Notes under the pieces: generated by a model
Databases searched by the model: none
What the model was told of the DNA's origin: nothing
The model's input: the letters and a program-made list of their open reading frames with translations, nothing else
Position numbers and translations under genes: made by a program
Shown: piece after piece, positions 59,414-64,000 of the stretch
Numbering within the stretch: position 1 is the first letter of the stretch
Layout of the letters: every line of letters begins with the position of its first letter
Virus record (IMG/VR): IMGVR_UViG_3300048121_000993
Location: 22,369 to 86,368 of that record
Origin: a virus
Lineage: Duplodnaviria; Caudoviricetes
Reading direction: 5' to 3' (one strand)
Length of the DNA: 64,000 nucleotides

Positions 59414-61570
59414 TTGGCGATTCAAGCATTTAGTGGTGGTATTCAACAACTACCTACACCAGATTTTAATTTAACAACTACCATTGCTGATGGCGATCTT
59501 TTGGTATACAGAAGCGTTGATAAAGCATTTCACAACGAAACAAGTTCATTTACAACACTTGCACAAGTTAATCAACTAATTGCAAACATACAAAGTGGCG
59601 GTGGAGTAGATTTAAGTGGATATGTGTTATCAACAACATTGGCAGCCGAGATAGCAACACTCAACACTGCTATATCAGTTAAAGCAGATACTACTTATGT
59701 AGACGCCCAAATAGCAGCTATACCTAATACAGATTTAAGTAGTTATGTAACTACAGCTGCATTAAGCGGTGCATTAGTAAATTACGATACTTCTACTGAA
59801 GTTACGGGTAAAATTAATACTGCAATTGCAAATGCTACATTCTTTGATGGCGATTATAATAATCTTACTAACACACCAGTAATTCCAGATTTAACAGGAT
59901 ATGCGACACAAGCCTGGGTACAAAATCAAATAGCAACCACTGATATAAAAGATTTGTTAGATGTAACAAATTTATTAAATGGCGGTGGTGGAGCAACTAC
60001 ACTAGGTGCTTTAACTGATGTAAGTACAACTGCTCCAACAACAGGACAAGTTTTAAAATATAATGGTACAGTATGGGCACCAGCGTCAGACAATACATCA
60101 GGTGCCGGTGGAAGTAATGCAGATACATTAGACAGTCAAGACGGTACATATTATTTAGACTATAATAACTTTACTAATACTCCAAGCATTCCAACACCAT
60201 TTAGTGGTGACTATGACGACTTAACAAACAAGCCAACATTATTTGATGGACAGTTTAGTTCACTAACTAGCACACCAACTACACTAGCAGGTTATGGAAT
60301 TACAGATGGCGGCAGTGGCGTTTGGGCAGATATTACTGGCAAACCAACTACAATAGCAGGCTTTGGTATTACTGATGCGTTTGACGGTGACTATACAAAC
60401 TTAACAAACAAACCAACTATACCAGTAGATGTAAGTGATTTAACTGATACAACTAATTTATTAACTGGTGCAGCTTATACAGATGCTAGTGTTGATACAC
60501 ATCTTAACAGAAGTTCAGCAGCAACTAACCAAGTATTAAGTTGGGATGGCACAGATTATGCATGGGTTAACAATTCAGGAGGGGGCGGTGGCGCTACTTC
60601 TTTGGGTGGATTATCTGATGTATCAAGTACTGCTCCTTCAAACGGTCAAGTACTTAAATGGGATAGTGCAAATTCAACTTGGGCACCAGCATTAGATGCC
60701 ACTTCAGGAATTGGCGGTAGTAGTTATGCAACAGAAGCCTATGTAGATCAGAAACTATTAGAGCGTGGCGATCACTTTAGTGGCGATTATAACGATTTAA
60801 CAAACACACCTGTATTGTTCTCAGGTGATTATGCAGACTTACTTAATAAGCCTGCAGGTAATTCAGATCTAAGTTTACAAATTGTAGGAACAGATTTAAA
60901 ACTTTTAAATATTGAACCAGATCCTGATACAGTAATTAGTACAGTAAGTTTAGCATCATTAGGTAGTGCTATAGCATCTAGTATTGACTATACAGACTTA
61001 GCAAACAAGCCTAATTTATTCAGTGGTGATTATAACGACTTAGTAAATAGACCAAATCTATTCTCAGGTAGTTACACAGACTTATCAAATAAACCTTATA
61101 TTCCAAGTATTGCAGGATTGGCATCAACCTCATATGTTGATTCAAAAGTAATAGAACCTAATGTAATCAGAGAAGTAAGAGTATCTAATGTAGTATTAGC
61201 AACACATGATAATTATGTTATGTCAATTACTACAACAGATGCTACACCAACAGAAGCATTATTAACTACCGGAAATAGAATAGTAATAGACAACAATAGT
61301 ACAGTTATGTACAATGTACACATAATTGGTGCAGACGGCACTGACAATTATGGTATTAAATTACAAGGTATTATTGATAAAACTAGTGGAACATTAACAT
61401 TAATCGGCACTCCAAGTAGAGAAACCCTAGCAGATACTACAAGTGATACTTGGTCTGGTAGTGTTTCAGCAGATACTGTTAACAGTAGTTTAAAGATTTC
61501 TGTCACAGGCGAAGCGGCAAAAACAGTAAATTGGACTATTTTTGTTGAACAAAACGCCGTAAAAAGATAG
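59414..61570 (+). CDS. tail fibre-like protein with internal repeats
   Basis: About 11 FSGDYNDLTNKP-like repeats, 3 GQVL(K/S)(Y/W)..W units, 2 PTT.AG.GITD units; TTG start after AGGAG. Confidence 0.8.
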   Translation: MAIQAFSGGIQQLPTPDFNLTTTIADGDLLVYRSVDKAFHNETSSFTTLAQVNQLIANIQSGGGVDLSGYVLSTTLAAEIATLNTAISVKADTTYVDAQIAAIPNTDLSSYVTTAALSGALVNYDTSTEVTGKINTAIANATFFDGDYNNLTNTPVIPDLTGYATQAWVQNQIATTDIKDLLDVTNLLNGGGGATTLGALTDVSTTAPTTGQVLKYNGTVWAPASDNTSGAGGSNADTLDSQDGTYYLDYNNFTNTPSIPTPFSGDYDDLTNKPTLFDGQFSSLTSTPTTLAGYGITDGGSGVWADITGKPTTIAGFGITDAFDGDYTNLTNKPTIPVDVSDLTDTTNLLTGAAYTDASVDTHLNRSSAATNQVLSWDGTDYAWVNNSGGGGGATSLGGLSDVSSTAPSNGQVLKWDSANSTWAPALDATSGIGGSSYATEAYVDQKLLERGDHFSGDYNDLTNTPVLFSGDYADLLNKPAGNSDLSLQIVGTDLKLLNIEPDPDTVISTVSLASLGSAIASSIDYTDLANKPNLFSGDYNDLVNRPNLFSGSYTDLSNKPYIPSIAGLASTSYVDSKVIEPNVIREVRVSNVVLATHDNYVMSITTTDATPTEALLTTGNRIVIDNNSTVMYNVHIIGADGTDNYGIKLQGIIDKTSGTLTLIGTPSRETLADTTSDTWSGSVSADTVNSSLKISVTGEAAKTVNWTIFVEQNAVKR

Positions 61571-61639
61571 AAATTAGATAAATAAAAGTAGTGCAACAGC
61601 ACAGAACTTTAAAAATAAACATTATTAGGAGAATATATA

Positions 61640-61945
61640 ATGGCAACAAGAAATCCAGCAAATGTAATTGAATTTGGTAAATTCAACTATGGCGCAACAA
61701 TGACAGACTTCGTAATCACTGCAGCAGCAGATGTATCAGGTGAAGTTAACCCAGGTGAAGAAATGGAAGCAATTCTAGAAGCAGTAGCTCAAAAAGGTAC
61801 AGTTATCGGTCTTAGCAACCACTCAACTGGTGGTACAGTATTTACTGTAGTAGTTGAAGGCTCAGCTTGGGCTGACGCAGCTGAACTACAAACTGCACTA
61901 CAGGCATTATCACTTGCAACAGCAGGCGCAATGACAGTAGCATAA
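61640..61945 (+). CDS. small, probably abundant virion protein
   Basis: Late-type promoter, strong RBS, own terminator, C-ending codon bias. Confidence 0.6.
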   Translation: MATRNPANVIEFGKFNYGATMTDFVITAAADVSGEVNPGEEMEAILEAVAQKGTVIGLSNHSTGGTVFTVVVEGSAWADAAELQTALQALSLATAGAMTVA

Positions 61946-61966
61946 GTTACAGTTAAGTAATTAAAG

Positions 61967-62001
61967 AAAACCCAGTCTTAGAAATAGGATTGGGTTTTTT
62001 T
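61967..62001 (+). terminator. intrinsic terminator
   Basis: aaaaCCCAGTCTTA-gaaa-TAGGATTGGGttttttt. Confidence 0.85.
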
Positions 62002-62054
62002 GTGACTAGTAATTCTAAATTGGATAAATACAATTATACAAGGAGATACAAATA

Positions 62055-62408
62055 ATGGCAAACACAGATTTAAATAATGACGGTAAAATATCAAAACTGG
62101 AAGCATTTCCATATTGGTTTGATAAATTACGTTTATTCCCTCGTGCATTTATTAGTATGTACATTTATTTACTATATCAAGTAACAGAATGGTTTATGGC
62201 TTTACCAGATCCAAGCATGCCACAAGCAGGACTGGTTAGTGTTGTAGTTGGAGCAGGCGCGGCATGGTTTGGTCTTTATGTAAACAGTACAAGTGAAAAC
62301 GATCAAAAGATTGTAGTACAAACAGATACTTCCACTTCGGGAACTCGAGCTAGTTATAGCGGTTCAGCAAGTGCAGAAGCAGATTATTCTAAAAAGAGCA
62401 AATACTAA
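62055..62408 (+). CDS. two-TM membrane protein (holin-like)
   Basis: RLFPRAF..WFMALPDP..QAGLVSVVVGAGAAWFGLY. Confidence 0.6.
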   Translation: MANTDLNNDGKISKLEAFPYWFDKLRLFPRAFISMYIYLLYQVTEWFMALPDPSMPQAGLVSVVVGAGAAWFGLYVNSTSENDQKIVVQTDTSTSGTRASYSGSASAEADYSKKSKY

Positions 62409-62963
62409 ATGTATCAACATCATGTAATATTAAAAACTACAGAAGCACTAGATAGTGAAACTGCATTAGATTGGTTGGGAACTTGTAAACGTTTTGGACC
62501 AGAAGGAGTTGTATTTTCATATCAACATGGTGCTAACGAAGTTGCAATGGAATACGGAATAGACGAAGGTTGTCCGGAATTTCCAAACACATACACAGTT
62601 CCGTTAATAAGAGATTTAACACAAGAAGAAGCAGCAATTGTTGTTGCTGCATGGGATTATAAATTTATTCCAGACTTTAATATTGAAATTTCTAACCAAT
62701 ACGATACAATGCAGGATGTAGAACTTGAGATAGATCCAGAAGTAATGGAATCAGCTACATTAGACTTAAACAAATGGCATCACAATAGATGGCGTGATGA
62801 GATGCTTAAAGAAGGATGGCATTATGGATTGTATTTTAGCGAAAGTAAAAAATCACACCCAGCATTAAGAGATTGGGATTCATTACCAGAGAGTCACAGA
62901 CGAAGTCCACAGTTTGATAACAAAGAAATCTTTGAATGGCTTCGTAAAAACGGCGTAGCCTAA
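62409..62963 (+). CDS. RyR-domain protein
   Basis: HNRW....EGWHYG....KKSHPAL..WDSLPE. Confidence 0.75.
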   Translation: MYQHHVILKTTEALDSETALDWLGTCKRFGPEGVVFSYQHGANEVAMEYGIDEGCPEFPNTYTVPLIRDLTQEEAAIVVAAWDYKFIPDFNIEISNQYDTMQDVELEIDPEVMESATLDLNKWHHNRWRDEMLKEGWHYGLYFSESKKSHPALRDWDSLPESHRRSPQFDNKEIFEWLRKNGVA

Positions 62964-62964
62964 A

Positions 62965-63876
62965 ATGATTGAAAACAATATGTTGCTTGTGCTAACTCAC
63001 GACAACAAAATAAAAACCTCACAAACACAATATTTAATTAAGAATAATGTTACACTATTCTTAGAATGGCGTTGTGAAGTTTTTGATCACACAAAAACAA
63101 TAACATCACAATTAGGAACAACTGGATATACTGCATGTGGCAATAAGTCACGCACATGTGATGTGGCAATATGTGCATGTCCTACTGACATAAACTTACC
63201 AAAAGCAATTAACAAAGATACACTTGTTAATTTTAGAGAATTAGTGTCTAATATTACAAAATATTCTATAATCGAAGATTACAATGTTGACACAGACGGA
63301 GATATTATTGCATGTGGTGTATATGGATTATTACAAAATAATCGTTTTGTAGTTGATTGGAATTTATTAAGAAGATGTAATTTTAGTTGTACATATTGTG
63401 CACCAGACATACACGACCTAGACAGTGGGTTTCCTTCGTTAATACAATACAAAAAAGAATTTGAAGAAATAGAAGTTCCACCTGGCAGAGAAATACATTT
63501 TAACCTCAATGGCGGCGAACCAACCTTACATCCTAATATTTTAGATATCGTAAAAATGTGTAAAAAAAGAGGTACTGTTGAATTATTATCTAATGGAACA
63601 GCATCCATAAAATTATACAATGAATTATTAGAACATACTAAAATTAATATAAGTTTGCATCATGAATTAATAAATGAAAAACATATGCAGAAGTTTATTG
63701 ATATTGCACTACTTGGTAAGGGACAATTAGTGTTTAAATACTTTAATACATTTGATGAAGAAAAATTTAAAAAATATCTTAATATATTAGAACAATTTGA
63801 AAATGTATCTATTATATCCAACAAGCGTCTTATACTTAGAGGACAACGAAATAAAGAAAAAACTTGGGCAACTTAA
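62965..63876 (+). CDS. radical SAM protein
   Basis: CNFSCTYC, NGGEPTLHP, LSNG; N-terminal Cys cluster (C..CDVAICACPTD). Confidence 0.85.
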   Translation: MIENNMLLVLTHDNKIKTSQTQYLIKNNVTLFLEWRCEVFDHTKTITSQLGTTGYTACGNKSRTCDVAICACPTDINLPKAINKDTLVNFRELVSNITKYSIIEDYNVDTDGDIIACGVYGLLQNNRFVVDWNLLRRCNFSCTYCAPDIHDLDSGFPSLIQYKKEFEEIEVPPGREIHFNLNGGEPTLHPNILDIVKMCKKRGTVELLSNGTASIKLYNELLEHTKINISLHHELINEKHMQKFIDIALLGKGQLVFKYFNTFDEEKFKKYLNILEQFENVSIISNKRLILRGQRNKEKTWAT

Positions 63877-63938
63877 CGGTTGACATAACCAACCAATCTT
63901 GCTATAATATACACATAACTTAATTTATAGAGGTACTT

Positions 63939-64000
63939 ATGGTAGGCAAGGTAGGCTTTGCGTGTAAATATTTACACCACGATCAGACACAAAAAAAGAA
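63939..64000 (+). CDS. possible UV-damage endonuclease (UvsE/UVDE), 5' fragment
   Basis: MVGKVGFACKY N-terminal motif; TTGACA-17-TATAAT promoter at 63880; truncated by the window end. Confidence 0.5.
   Translation, partial: MVGKVGFACKYLHHDQTQKK

Noticed and set aside
335-63620. Most short minus-strand ORFs in the track
   Set aside because: Antisense shadows of well-supported + strand genes, with no RBS or recognisable motifs
1-64000. Stop-codon reassignment
   Set aside because: Conserved genes are full length under the standard code, TAG and TGA both end genes, and no suppressor tRNA was seen

Overview
A 64 kb segment of a large, AT-rich, lytic T4-like/jumbo dsDNA phage genome, read in the standard genetic code and almost entirely on the + strand. 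It carries nrdA/nrdB/glutaredoxin, an ATP-dependent ligase, an exonuclease, PhoH, a PAAR protein, a GH19 endolysin, spanin-like genes, a tail fibre and 11 tRNAs. There are many sigma70-type early promoters and ATAAATA late-type promoters. The host is probably an alphaproteobacterium, judged from a circularly permuted two-piece tmRNA with a GGCGGUA T-loop and tag ANDNYSPEMALAA, a DUF1127 gene and a ROSE-like hsp20 leader. Most notable: (1) an apparently complete phage-encoded translation-rescue/proteolysis set (tmRNA, ClpX, ClpP, ClpA, a variant ClpS, Hsp20, a J-protein, IF3, bS21); (2) tRNAs with rare anticodons, Ser(ACU) and Arg(GCG); (3) a ~220-nt multi-hairpin RNA with a likely loop-loop pairing ahead of four small ORFs including DUF1127; (4) a shared AAGACATCTT dyad in the spacer of five early promoters; (5) a catalytically dead DNA-ligase paralog; (6) an expanded set of tailoring/redox enzymes and paralog families interspersed with tRNAs. 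All calls come from motif reading by eye; no database searches were run.
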